A program made the translations under genes and the position numbers. The notes beneath the pieces are model-generated. The model had not been told where the DNA came from and did not search any database. It saw only the letters and a program-made list of their open reading frames with translations. DNA of 64,000 nt. It comes from Candidatus Gastranaerophilales bacterium. Its GTDB lineage: Bacteria; Cyanobacteriota; Vampirovibrionia; Gastranaerophilales; Gastranaerophilaceae. Below are positions 53,444 to 62,081 of this stretch, piece after piece. Position 1 is the first letter of the stretch. The number at the start of each line of letters is the position of its first letter. The stretch spans positions 1,778 to 65,777 of the forward strand of contig CALUSL010000004.1 of the NCBI GenBank assembly GCA_944323425.1, written 5' to 3'.

Positions 53444-53610
53444 TTTTTAGTACAGTACATCTCCCTTAAAACAATTATACTATAAATATTTATTATATTA
53501 AACAAAAGATTAGTGTACACCTGACCGGTGGGTGAATGTTTTCAAACTCAGCGGGTATTAAAATGCAAACGTATGCAAAACGTACGTCGTTTTTAAGAAA
53601 GGAATAAGAT

Positions 53611-54900
53611 ATGACAACATTTAATCCGCTTAAAGAAAAGGGAATACCTGTTGAAAAACAGCTTAGAACATGGCATGACATAGTCCAAAAGCCTTTTAAT
53701 AAAACAGAAACAGACTGTTACACAAGAACAAGACAAATACTCATGAACGGGATAGAGATAGAAGCATGGAACTTCAAACACGCTTTTGCCAGATTCTCGG
53801 ATGATATAGAGGTGAATAAATTTATTGCACAGACCAGACGAATCGAAGATATGCAACAAACCACTGTGAACTGGCTGACTCCATCAGACCAGTCAGTCCT
53901 TGAGACCACCCTTGGCTATGAACAGGTTGCTGTAGATTTGACTGCATGGCTTGCGCAGAATGAACCTGACAAATACGTAAAAGAGACTTTTGATTTTGGC
54001 TTGCTGGAGGATTTTGATCATTTATACAGGTATAGCCAATGGGCGCATATGATTCACGGTATAGAACCTTCAGATATAGTTCAGGGACAGACAGATGTCG
54101 TTCTCGGACGTCCAACTCAAAATCATCACAATGATAATTCAATAAGGCTTAGAAAACATTACGACAAAAACACGGCGTCTCCACAGACAAAAGTAAATAT
54201 TCTGACTCTGGTCTCCGGGGAGCAGCAAACTCATAATTTCTATGCAGAGCATGGTATGCAATACGGAAACGATATTTTAAGGGAAACTTATGCAGAAATC
54301 TGCGACGTGGAAGAAGAACACGTTTCAATGTATGAATCGCTAATTGACCCGACTGAATCAATGTATGAAAAACTTCTGTTGCACGAATTTACTGAGGTCT
54401 GTAACTACTATACCTGTATGGAAGATGAAGTCGATGAACGCATAAAGAAAATCTGGGAAATGTTTATGTTGTTTGAGATTGAACATATGCATTACGCTGC
54501 AGAACTTGTCAAAAAATACGACAAAAAGGATCCGGAAGAAATAATAGGTACAAAAGTTGTTATACCATGCCGGTTTAAATCTCAGAAAAAATATGTAACT
54601 GATATTTTGAAAAAAGAAATTGACAAACGTTTGGATGCAGAAATGGGCTATACGACGATTTCAAAGCTGCCTCAGGATTGGCTGAGTTATGCTGTTCAGG
54701 AAGCTGTTGGTGAGGACGGAGCTCCAACAGAAACAACAATAAGACTGATTGCAATAGCCGATCATAGAGATATTGTTGAAGCAGACGCATCTCTTATTTC
54801 AAAACAACCGCAGTTGCTTGAGAAGGGACTTCAGGAAGAAGCTCAGGCTCCAAATACTGTAACAGTTGAAGAATACGAAGAAATGAAAAGTCGTAATTAA
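53611..54900 (+). CDS. Hypothetical ferritin-like / diiron-motif protein (429 aa)
   Basis: All-helical composition with two ExxH motifs (DVEEEHVSMYE, LFEIEHMHYAAE) plus additional E/H-bearing helices (IEIEAWNFKH, LLEDFDHLY). SD AAGAAAGGAA. Confidence 0.5.
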   Translation: MTTFNPLKEKGIPVEKQLRTWHDIVQKPFNKTETDCYTRTRQILMNGIEIEAWNFKHAFARFSDDIEVNKFIAQTRRIEDMQQTTVNWLTPSDQSVLETTLGYEQVAVDLTAWLAQNEPDKYVKETFDFGLLEDFDHLYRYSQWAHMIHGIEPSDIVQGQTDVVLGRPTQNHHNDNSIRLRKHYDKNTASPQTKVNILTLVSGEQQTHNFYAEHGMQYGNDILRETYAEICDVEEEHVSMYESLIDPTESMYEKLLLHEFTEVCNYYTCMEDEVDERIKKIWEMFMLFEIEHMHYAAELVKKYDKKDPEEIIGTKVVIPCRFKSQKKYVTDILKKEIDKRLDAEMGYTTISKLPQDWLSYAVQEAVGEDGAPTETTIRLIAIADHRDIVEADASLISKQPQLLEKGLQEEAQAPNTVTVEEYEEMKSRN

Positions 54901-54905
54901 TGCAA

Positions 54906-54934
54906 AAAAGGAGCTGTTTTTTTCAGCTCCTTTT
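54906..54934. terminator. Bidirectional rho-independent terminator between convergent genes
   Basis: AAAAGGAGCTG-ttttttt-CAGCTCCTTTT. It overlaps the stop codon of the 54933-56600 gene. Confidence 0.75.
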
Positions 54935-56600
54935 ATTTGTTCGCAGGTTGTACAGGTGTTTCTTTATACTTTTCCTGATATGCTTTTAACGATGCAAGTG
55001 TAGCTTTGAATAGTGACTGTTTTTCACAATAGGACTTATACCAGTTATCCATTTGAGTCCCGATTATATTAAGCGCATATGCAGTACCTAACCCCATTGC
55101 GATATTTTTGGGACCTGTGAACATTCTTGTTGTTCCATAGTAGGTTGTTGCAATACCGCCGAGAATAGGAATTCCTTGTGTAAGCGTTTTAGATACGCGT
55201 TCATCTTTTGTCTTTGCGTTTGTGACAAGCCAGGTCGCAATACCAATCGGCACAAAAATTCCCAGAATATCTGTAGGAGCTGATCCGACTCTGAGTTCCG
55301 ACATTTTTTCGTATGCGTCCATTTCTGTATTTATTGCTTTATCTAGTTTTTTGGAGAAGTTTTCAAGATTTTGGGTGACAGAGAGGTATTCTGCAGAATT
55401 TTTTCCGAATTGATTTTTTACTATCGTTACTATTTCTTGAGCTTTACCTTTTTTGCTGAATTCAGGATTGAGAATATTTCTGATATTTTTGACAGCCTCT
55501 TCTATGTCAGATATATTCTGATTTCTTTCCATGTAAACAAGCATTTCTTCCATAACTTTGTCTGCTCGTTTTGCTACCTCTGCACGTTCAACCGCTTCTT
55601 TTGTTCCATTGAGCTTTCTATATATTTCAAAATCTTTTGAAAGTTTTTGAACATAGTCAACAGCTTTTTCGTCCTTTGTTTTTACATTGATTTTTATTCG
55701 CTTGAGTTCATTTTTTAGAGCTTTATAGTTGTCTTCAATTCCGTTTGTTATATATTTTTTAGCTTCGAGTAGTTCTTTTTTTATTCCCATTCGCTTCGGA
55801 GCTGTCAGGTCAAGGGTAATATAGGATTTGTATTTTGAGATATCTTTATTTTTACGGGTTTGCAAAAGCGTATTCCATACGCGTCCATGCAAAAGTTTTA
55901 TGCTTTCCCAGAATTTTTCAGAGCGTCCGTAGTGAGCGTCTGTTCCAAAAGTCGGAGAATATGTTTTTCTGATGTCTGAAGCAAGCTGCTCAAGTTCTTT
56001 ATTTTTTGTGTCTTTTGCAATTTTATCAACGACATTCACAAATTTTATTGTCGCATACTCGGCTTCGTTATAGGTGTTTCGCTGGGTTTTTAGTACTATA
56101 CCTTTAAATACATTGTTTATTTTGTCCACGACAGGAGTGAGTTTTAACCATTTTGCTGCAAGCATTACCCCTCCGTCTTTCAGAACATTAATGTTCGAAA
56201 TGGACTGAAAGCTGTCGAGTACCGGCTGCATAATTTTTGTTCCGGTAAGCTTTATTTTCTGCCACGTCGTTGGATTCTGTACATCAGCTGTCAAATCATA
56301 AGCACGTTTTTTCAAATCATCAGACAGGTTTGCTATCTTCCTGTAGAACCCGCCAGAAAAGCCTTTGGTTAATACAAATAAAGCTGCAATACCTCCAAGA
56401 ACCGTAGCACCTATGGATAATCCAATTAGACCTCTGTGACCTGTTTTTTCTTTTTGTACATCTTTTATTTGTACTGAAGCTATTTTCCCGGTTGCGTATT
56501 TAGGGTCAGTTAATTTGGGGGCAGCAGGTTTTTCCTGAGTCCGTTGTACGGAATTCAGCATTGTGTTAAATGCATTTTCTGAAAAATTTACTGTCATCAC
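54933..56600 (-). CDS. Hypothetical polytopic membrane protein with a large helical soluble insert (555 aa)
   Basis: TM1 is LIGLSIGATVLGGIAALFVL, followed by a ~370-aa K/E-rich helical region and then three C-terminal TM helices. No known motif. Confidence 0.6.
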   Translation of the reverse strand: MMTVNFSENAFNTMLNSVQRTQEKPAAPKLTDPKYATGKIASVQIKDVQKEKTGHRGLIGLSIGATVLGGIAALFVLTKGFSGGFYRKIANLSDDLKKRAYDLTADVQNPTTWQKIKLTGTKIMQPVLDSFQSISNINVLKDGGVMLAAKWLKLTPVVDKINNVFKGIVLKTQRNTYNEAEYATIKFVNVVDKIAKDTKNKELEQLASDIRKTYSPTFGTDAHYGRSEKFWESIKLLHGRVWNTLLQTRKNKDISKYKSYITLDLTAPKRMGIKKELLEAKKYITNGIEDNYKALKNELKRIKINVKTKDEKAVDYVQKLSKDFEIYRKLNGTKEAVERAEVAKRADKVMEEMLVYMERNQNISDIEEAVKNIRNILNPEFSKKGKAQEIVTIVKNQFGKNSAEYLSVTQNLENFSKKLDKAINTEMDAYEKMSELRVGSAPTDILGIFVPIGIATWLVTNAKTKDERVSKTLTQGIPILGGIATTYYGTTRMFTGPKNIAMGLGTAYALNIIGTQMDNWYKSYCEKQSLFKATLASLKAYQEKYKETPVQPANK

Positions 56601-56697
56601 ACTGACCTTTGGTGCTTAGTTCAATGGTTTAACAATATAAAACTGATGATATAAAAAATTTGTTATTTTTTATACAAAATAGCTGAAAAAATTTACA

Positions 56698-57525
56698 TTA
56701 CTTATATTCATAATACACAGTATACGGCTGATTCTTCTTTATATAAGCAGGTGGTCCAAGTTTTATGAATGGTATTTTTGTTCTTGTTCCAAAAGATAGA
56801 AGGGATACAGGTTGATTTTTAATGGGATTACCGGAGGAAGAAAATTCTCCGTTTCCGATTGTACCTAGAAGTTCAACCCGTTCACCGTCTTTTTCAAAAT
56901 AGAATCTCGATATTTCTATAAAATCTGCTGTTGTCATGTTAAAAGTTACATAACCGTATACGGGCGTACCCTTAGAAATTATTGTTCTATTATTTAAAAC
57001 CACATCTTCTAAAACCCTGAATTCATATTTTGTATTTAACAGTGGGATGGAATATGAATAGACAGTATTATTTTTTCTGTAGAATTTTATAGTACTTTGA
57101 ATAGTTTTGTCAGTAGCTATTTTTACAGGTATTGCACTAATAATCGGGATTTCACCTGTGTATGAGTTCTTTTTTATTCCTGTTTCATGTATTTGTATGT
57201 TATCTGTATACTCTGATTCTTTGTAGAATACTTTTTTTGATGATGTTTTACTGACCGGAACATCTGTATAGATAATATTTTTCTGTTCGGGTCTTCTTAA
57301 TTTTTGTTTTGAAAGAATTTTTTCCGCTTCGTCCTCGATGGAAATAGCAGAATATATTTTTTTGCTGTAACCTGTATTTTTCAACAATAGTTCAGCCTCG
57401 TCAGATATAATTTCCTGTTGTGAGGAGCAAGAGAGCCTGCCGCTCTCTGAATCGCTGGATAACGCAGGAATAGCGACAATTAGGCATATGATAATTGCCA
57501 TAAAAACTTTTTTCATAGATATCAT
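56698..57525 (-). CDS. Secreted hypothetical beta-rich protein (275 aa)
   Basis: Signal peptide MKKVFMAIIICLIVAIPALSS. It lies 10 nt downstream of the M48 peptidase gene, so it is probably co-transcribed. Confidence 0.6.
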   Translation of the reverse strand: MISMKKVFMAIIICLIVAIPALSSDSESGRLSCSSQQEIISDEAELLLKNTGYSKKIYSAISIEDEAEKILSKQKLRRPEQKNIIYTDVPVSKTSSKKVFYKESEYTDNIQIHETGIKKNSYTGEIPIISAIPVKIATDKTIQSTIKFYRKNNTVYSYSIPLLNTKYEFRVLEDVVLNNRTIISKGTPVYGYVTFNMTTADFIEISRFYFEKDGERVELLGTIGNGEFSSSGNPIKNQPVSLLSFGTRTKIPFIKLGPPAYIKKNQPYTVYYEYK

Positions 57526-57534
57526 ACTTTTACC

Positions 57535-58215
57535 TTACTTTGCTTTTATATTGCTGACAGGTGTATATTGATGTGAGTATTTTTTGCGAATTTCTTCTCT
57601 GTCTTTTTGTGAAGTTAACAGAAAGTTTTGGTAGTATAAATTTGTTCTAAATTCATTATCAGCAAGGTATGCAGGGTATTTAGCATAAATGTATTCATAG
57701 ATGTATGCTAATCTGTCAGAGCCTACAGGGTGGGTTGCATTTCTTTCATACCAGTTTTCTTCTGATGCAATTTTGTTTAGTGCAATAATCATTGCAACAG
57801 GATTGTATCCGGCATTGACCATTAAATCTATGCCCTTTTTGTCTGCTTTTTCTTCATATTTTTTTGATGACATAGCCATTGCCATACGTCTCCAGAAACC
57901 GGCATGGTAATCAAGTCCGTGAGCTATTTCGTGGCTTAGAACAGCTGCAAGCTCATCGTCTGTATCAAAGTATGGCAATAATCCTTTGTATACAACTATA
58001 TTTTTTGACGAAGCAAAAGCGCCTGCGTTTACCTTTTTTTCAGGTACGTAAGAAAAAACCATCCTTTTGTCTATTCCATTTGCATTCAAAATTCGAAAAC
58101 CTATTTGCATAACTTTTTTCTGGTATTTTGATTCTAAATCCAGCCTTAATTCATCAGCAAAACAACAATTTAAGCTAAAGCACATCATTAACAAACATAA
58201 AAGAAACTTTTTCAT
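57535..58215 (-). CDS. M48-family zinc metallopeptidase, probable lipoprotein
   Basis: HEIAHG (HExxH) with a downstream Glu-containing helix. The signal peptide ends in LNCCFA (lipobox-like Cys). Confidence 0.8.
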   Translation of the reverse strand: MKKFLLCLLMMCFSLNCCFADELRLDLESKYQKKVMQIGFRILNANGIDKRMVFSYVPEKKVNAGAFASSKNIVVYKGLLPYFDTDDELAAVLSHEIAHGLDYHAGFWRRMAMAMSSKKYEEKADKKGIDLMVNAGYNPVAMIIALNKIASEENWYERNATHPVGSDRLAYIYEYIYAKYPAYLADNEFRTNLYYQNFLLTSQKDREEIRKKYSHQYTPVSNIKAK

Positions 58216-58378
58216 TTCACACCCCTCATTATTTCATAATCCAACAAAACAAAATTATTATATGAAAATAAATATTGAAAAGTCAATTATTTCTTGAATT
58301 TAGAATAAAAATATTGAGTTAAACGAGCTGAACCACGGCTAATTTGTTCTATACAAATATTTACATAAAAATCAAAAC

Positions 58379-58407
58379 TTGCATAAACTTTAAATATTCG
58401 GTAGAAT
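58379..58407 (+). promoter_or_regulatory. Sigma70-type promoter candidate for the SLH gene (TTGCAT-17 nt-TAGAAT)
   Basis: -35 at 58379-58384 and -10 at 58402-58407, about 40 nt upstream of the ATG at 58448. Confidence 0.5.
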
Positions 58408-58447
58408 ATTAGCTGAATAGCGGTTTTAATTGAACAAGGAGATTTAT

Positions 58448-59605
58448 ATGAGAAAAATTTTAGCAAGTCTTATTGTTCTTTTCTCTGCAGTTTGTCTCAG
58501 CACAGGCGGTGCGATTGCAAAAGAATATAAAGACATGACTCCTGAGCACTGGGCGTACAAAAACATCCAGCAGCTCACTGACTGGGGTGTTGTAGTCGGA
58601 TATCCGGACGGAAACTACAGACCTGACCAGAATGTTACAAGAGGTGAATTCTCAACAATGGTCGTTAAAGCACTCGGACAGGCTAATGCAGCTGTGCCGA
58701 ATCCTGTTGCTTTTTCAGATATGACAGAAAAAGACTGGTTCTATGATATGGTTCAGAGAGCAGTTATGTTTGACCTTGTTAAAGGTTATCCGGACGGAAA
58801 ATTCTATCCGTACGGAACTGTTGAAAGAGGTCATGCAATCTCTGTTATCACAAACGCACTTACAACAGAACAAATTTCCGAAAGTAAGGCAAAAGAAATC
58901 CTCGAAAGCCAGTATACAGACTATACACAGCTTCCGCCGTGGCTTATCGTAATGGCAGGTAAAGCAGAAATCCTCGGTATGGTCGTAACACCTCCGGGAC
59001 ACGAAGGAAAACTCGAAGCCCAAAGACCGGCAAACAGAGCTGAGCTTGCTTCCTTCCTCGTAAATATGATTGAACAGGCAAAACTCAATCCGAATGAAAA
59101 ACTCAGAGAAGCTATGAGACCGCCGACATATGACGGAATCGTTATTGAGGACACTACTCTTCAGGGCTATATTGCCACTATTCCAGCCGGCGCTATCATT
59201 CCGATTATGATTCTTGACAGTTCGGTCAGCAGAAAAGATTTTATCGGCGAACCTTACAAAGCTAAATTCCCGAAAAACCTTATCACACCTGAACACTATC
59301 TGCTGTTCCCTGAAGGCTGCATGGTCTACGGTGATATTCAGGACGTAAAACCGCAAAGATTCTTCATCAGACACGGTGATATATGTCTTAGAACATGCAC
59401 TCTCGATGCTCCGCACAATCCGGGTACAACTTTTGCAGGTGTTGTAATTGACCCGCCGGTAAAACACGGATTCTGGAAAAAAGAATTTGTTGAAAAAACC
59501 AGAATTAAAGGTGCAAAACGCTACTATGACAAAGGTATGGTTGTGAACGTAAAACTTTTAAAACCAATAAAAGTTGACCTCACAAACGGATACATAGTTG
59601 AATAA
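58448..59605 (+). CDS. SLH-domain envelope protein with a C-terminal TrbI/VirB10-like beta module
   Basis: Signal peptide MRKILASLIVLFSAVCLSTGGAIA, then SLH repeats (HWAYKNIQQLTDWGVVVGYPDGNYRPDQNVTRGEF; WFYDMVQRAVMFDLVKGYPDGKFYPYGTVERGHA; a third degenerate copy). I trimmed the start to the ATG at 58448 after AAGGAG. Confidence 0.85.
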   Translation: MRKILASLIVLFSAVCLSTGGAIAKEYKDMTPEHWAYKNIQQLTDWGVVVGYPDGNYRPDQNVTRGEFSTMVVKALGQANAAVPNPVAFSDMTEKDWFYDMVQRAVMFDLVKGYPDGKFYPYGTVERGHAISVITNALTTEQISESKAKEILESQYTDYTQLPPWLIVMAGKAEILGMVVTPPGHEGKLEAQRPANRAELASFLVNMIEQAKLNPNEKLREAMRPPTYDGIVIEDTTLQGYIATIPAGAIIPIMILDSSVSRKDFIGEPYKAKFPKNLITPEHYLLFPEGCMVYGDIQDVKPQRFFIRHGDICLRTCTLDAPHNPGTTFAGVVIDPPVKHGFWKKEFVEKTRIKGAKRYYDKGMVVNVKLLKPIKVDLTNGYIVE

Positions 59606-59621
59606 AAAAAACAGAAAATAT

Positions 59622-59655
59622 AAAAAACCGGCTCAAATCAAGGAGCCGGTTTTTT
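59622..59655. terminator. Bidirectional rho-independent terminator
   Basis: AAAAAACCGGCTC-aaatcaag-GAGCCGGTTTTTT sits between convergent gene ends. Confidence 0.85.
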
Positions 59656-59660
59656 CTTAC

Positions 59661-60005
59661 TTAATCAGCGCGCTTGTCTATCATATTTATGCCGAGACTG
59701 AGAAGAGAAATCACGATTGAGCCAAAAAATGCACTCAAAAATCCGTCCACCTCGAACCCCGGTGACACCCACCCGGCGAACATCAGCAGCAGTGCATTAA
59801 GAATCAGCCCAAATATTCCGAGTGTCAAAACGTTTATCGGCAAAGTCACAAGCTGAAGAGCGGGTTTGATAAATGCATTGATTATCCCGAGCACTACAGC
59901 AACAATCAGTGCCGCCCAAAAATTTTCAACTGAAATTCCGGGAATAATCCATGCTGTAAACATAATAACCAGCGCGAACGCTATCCATCTCAAAAGTACG
60001 TACAT
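59661..60005 (-). CDS. YvlD-type 4-TM membrane protein (phage holin 4_2 / PF04020-like family)
   Basis: 114 aa with four TM helices. Matches the pattern ...FTAWIIPGISV...ALIVAVVLGIINAFIKP...LPINVLTLGIF.L..NAL.L.... Confidence 0.65.
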   Translation of the reverse strand: MYVLLRWIAFALVIMFTAWIIPGISVENFWAALIVAVVLGIINAFIKPALQLVTLPINVLTLGIFGLILNALLLMFAGWVSPGFEVDGFLSAFFGSIVISLLSLGINMIDKRAD

Positions 60006-60172
60006 AAAGCATCTCCTTCTTGTTCCAATTTAAACGTAATCATCCCGGGTTACATCCCCCGCCAGTATTTTTTTTATTGACCACATGGACTATGAAAATT
60101 AGCCCTCGGATTGATAACTTTTTTCTTCATGATTTATAGAATATTATTGAGGGATATTACAGAGGAAAAACA

Positions 60173-60961
60173 TTGGGGATAAAGTATACAAGTACGCCAA
60201 AGGGTCTTGATTCGTTTCTTGTTCGGCCGGTTAAGGCTTTGAACAATAATGAGGCGTACAGACAGTTTGTTAAAGCCGACGCACTTAGACTCACTAATCA
60301 CTTTAGAGAGTCAATTAAACACTATCTGTCATCAATTTTAATTGACAGAAACAACTATCGCGCATACTTCGGACTGGGCATTGCTTACAAAGCCGAAGGT
60401 CTGTATGAAAAAGCTGCTGAAATGCTGGAAAAATCAATAAATATGGCATTTTATCAACCAAAAGCTCACCATGAGCTCGGCATATGCTATCTGTTTTTGA
60501 ACAGACCCGAGGATGCTCTTATGACGTTGAGAACGGCTGTCACAATGGACAGAGACAATGTCTCTACCCAGATACAACTTGCGATTGCGCATGAAATGCT
60601 GGAAGAATACGAAATGGCTGCCATGATTTATCAGGCAATTATAGAGAATGACCCGAACAATCTGACAGCATACACACATCTTTCCGCTCTCTATATGAGA
60701 CTGGAACAGTATATGGCAGCGGGCAGTGTGTTTACTCAAATGCTAAAAATAAATCCCGATTTTTATAAAGCACATCTGGGACTCGCTATCTGTTTTGACA
60801 AAATGAAACATCCGCAAAGAGCTGTGCATTACTACAGGTCGTTTATAGACAAAAAACCTCACTCTCATCACTGTCCGAGCGTTAAGAACAGAATTAAAAA
60901 ATTGCAAATGGGTAAGTCCCCTGCATCAATAGAACTTACCCTTGCAAACAAAAAATATTGA
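60173..60961 (+). CDS. Tetratricopeptide-repeat protein (262 aa)
   Basis: Five or six TPR units (e.g. AYFGLGIAYKAEGLYEKAAEMLEKSI, AHHELGICYLFLNRPEDALMTLRTAV). TTG start 7 nt after GAGGA. Confidence 0.75.
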   Translation: MGIKYTSTPKGLDSFLVRPVKALNNNEAYRQFVKADALRLTNHFRESIKHYLSSILIDRNNYRAYFGLGIAYKAEGLYEKAAEMLEKSINMAFYQPKAHHELGICYLFLNRPEDALMTLRTAVTMDRDNVSTQIQLAIAHEMLEEYEMAAMIYQAIIENDPNNLTAYTHLSALYMRLEQYMAAGSVFTQMLKINPDFYKAHLGLAICFDKMKHPQRAVHYYRSFIDKKPHSHHCPSVKNRIKKLQMGKSPASIELTLANKKY

Positions 60962-61150
60962 TTTTAAATAATTAATATACTTTAGAACATTTTTGACAGT
61001 GAGTATGGAATGTAGCGTGGCTCTGTTATTGAATTATCGCCATACCATACTTTCTCAATTTCTTGGAACATAGTTCGTTCGTCTCCGCCTTTTGCGAGAA
61101 TGTCCTTTATTTTTAACAGTTTGTATTCTGATTTCTTATGATATTAAAGC

Positions 61151-62002
61151 CTAATCTTCTTTATGAATAGTGAGCTGTGGGAATGGAAATTCAATTCCAA
61201 GTTCGTCAAATCTTTCTTTTATTCTCAGATTAAATCCGCGAAGAACAGCCCATTGCCGCATTGGTTTTGTTTTTATTCTGGCTTTTATTATTACGGCAGA
61301 ATCGTCGAATTTGTCCAGTCCAAAAATCTCAATCGGTTCCAGAACATCATCACGGAACTCTTCGCTTTCTTTGAACTCATCTCCGAGTTCTTTCAATACC
61401 TGAAGAACTCTTGCTATATTTTCTTTGTACGCTACTCCAATATCAAACATCGCGTATGAAAAATCTCTTGTAAGATTTATTACAACATCAATCATACCAT
61501 TACGGATATAATAAACCCTTCCATCCAGATCCCTGAGTACAACAAGCTTTATATTGAGCCTTTCAACAGTACCTTTCATTCCGTTAATTTCAACTACATC
61601 TCCGACACGAAGCTGACCCTCGAGCATTATCAAAAGACCCGTTATCAAATCTTCAACAAATCTCTTTGCTCCGAAACCTACAGCAACACCGACTATCCCT
61701 GCTGCCGTAAGCAGAGGTCTTATATCAACTCCGAGCATGTTCAGGATATACATTATTGCAAATACAATCCACACTGTATCCACAATAGATTTAAAAAGCA
61801 GTTTCAACGTGTTAATCTGTTTTTCAAATTCAGTATCATTTTTATATGCCGCTATTTTGCTGGTAAATTTATCGATTAAAAAGTTTGATATAACGATAAA
61901 AAACCAGAATAAAAGCAGATGAAGAACAACCATAAAAAAATCATTATGAAATACAGGCGGTAATAAATCAAAGAGACATTCGTGATCGTGTGTATGTGCC
62001 AT
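61151..62002 (-). CDS. mscS: Small-conductance mechanosensitive channel (MscS family)
   Basis: Three TM helices followed by the MscS beta-domain motif RVGDVVEINGMKGTVERLNIKLVVLRDLDGRVYYIRNG. Confidence 0.88.
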   Translation of the reverse strand: MAHTHDHECLFDLLPPVFHNDFFMVVLHLLLFWFFIVISNFLIDKFTSKIAAYKNDTEFEKQINTLKLLFKSIVDTVWIVFAIMYILNMLGVDIRPLLTAAGIVGVAVGFGAKRFVEDLITGLLIMLEGQLRVGDVVEINGMKGTVERLNIKLVVLRDLDGRVYYIRNGMIDVVINLTRDFSYAMFDIGVAYKENIARVLQVLKELGDEFKESEEFRDDVLEPIEIFGLDKFDDSAVIIKARIKTKPMRQWAVLRGFNLRIKERFDELGIEFPFPQLTIHKED

Positions 62003-62081
62003 AAAAACTCCTCCGTTTGTATTCTATAAGTTTAAAGGAATCTTTTTTTCATTGCAACAGACAACTTAACAAAACATTATA

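Noticed and set aside
53520-53545. Guanidine-III-like CCGGTCAGG string on the minus strand
   Set aside because: Only a 9-nt coincidence with the ykkC-III consensus as I remember it. The pseudoknot partner sequences are absent, and the downstream genes (uxs-ugd) are unrelated to guanidine metabolism.
58715-59467. 250-aa minus-strand ORF (and 77-aa ORF at 58921-59154)
   Set aside because: They are antisense to the SLH-domain gene. The composition is Cys/Phe/Arg-rich, typical of a non-coding frame.
60962-61150. Hairpin (AGTATGG ... CCATACT) and 13-22-codon micro-ORFs between the TPR gene and mscS
   Set aside because: The hairpin has a ~36-nt loop and no flanking T-run. The micro-ORFs lack convincing SDs. 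In AT-rich convergent spacers such features arise easily.
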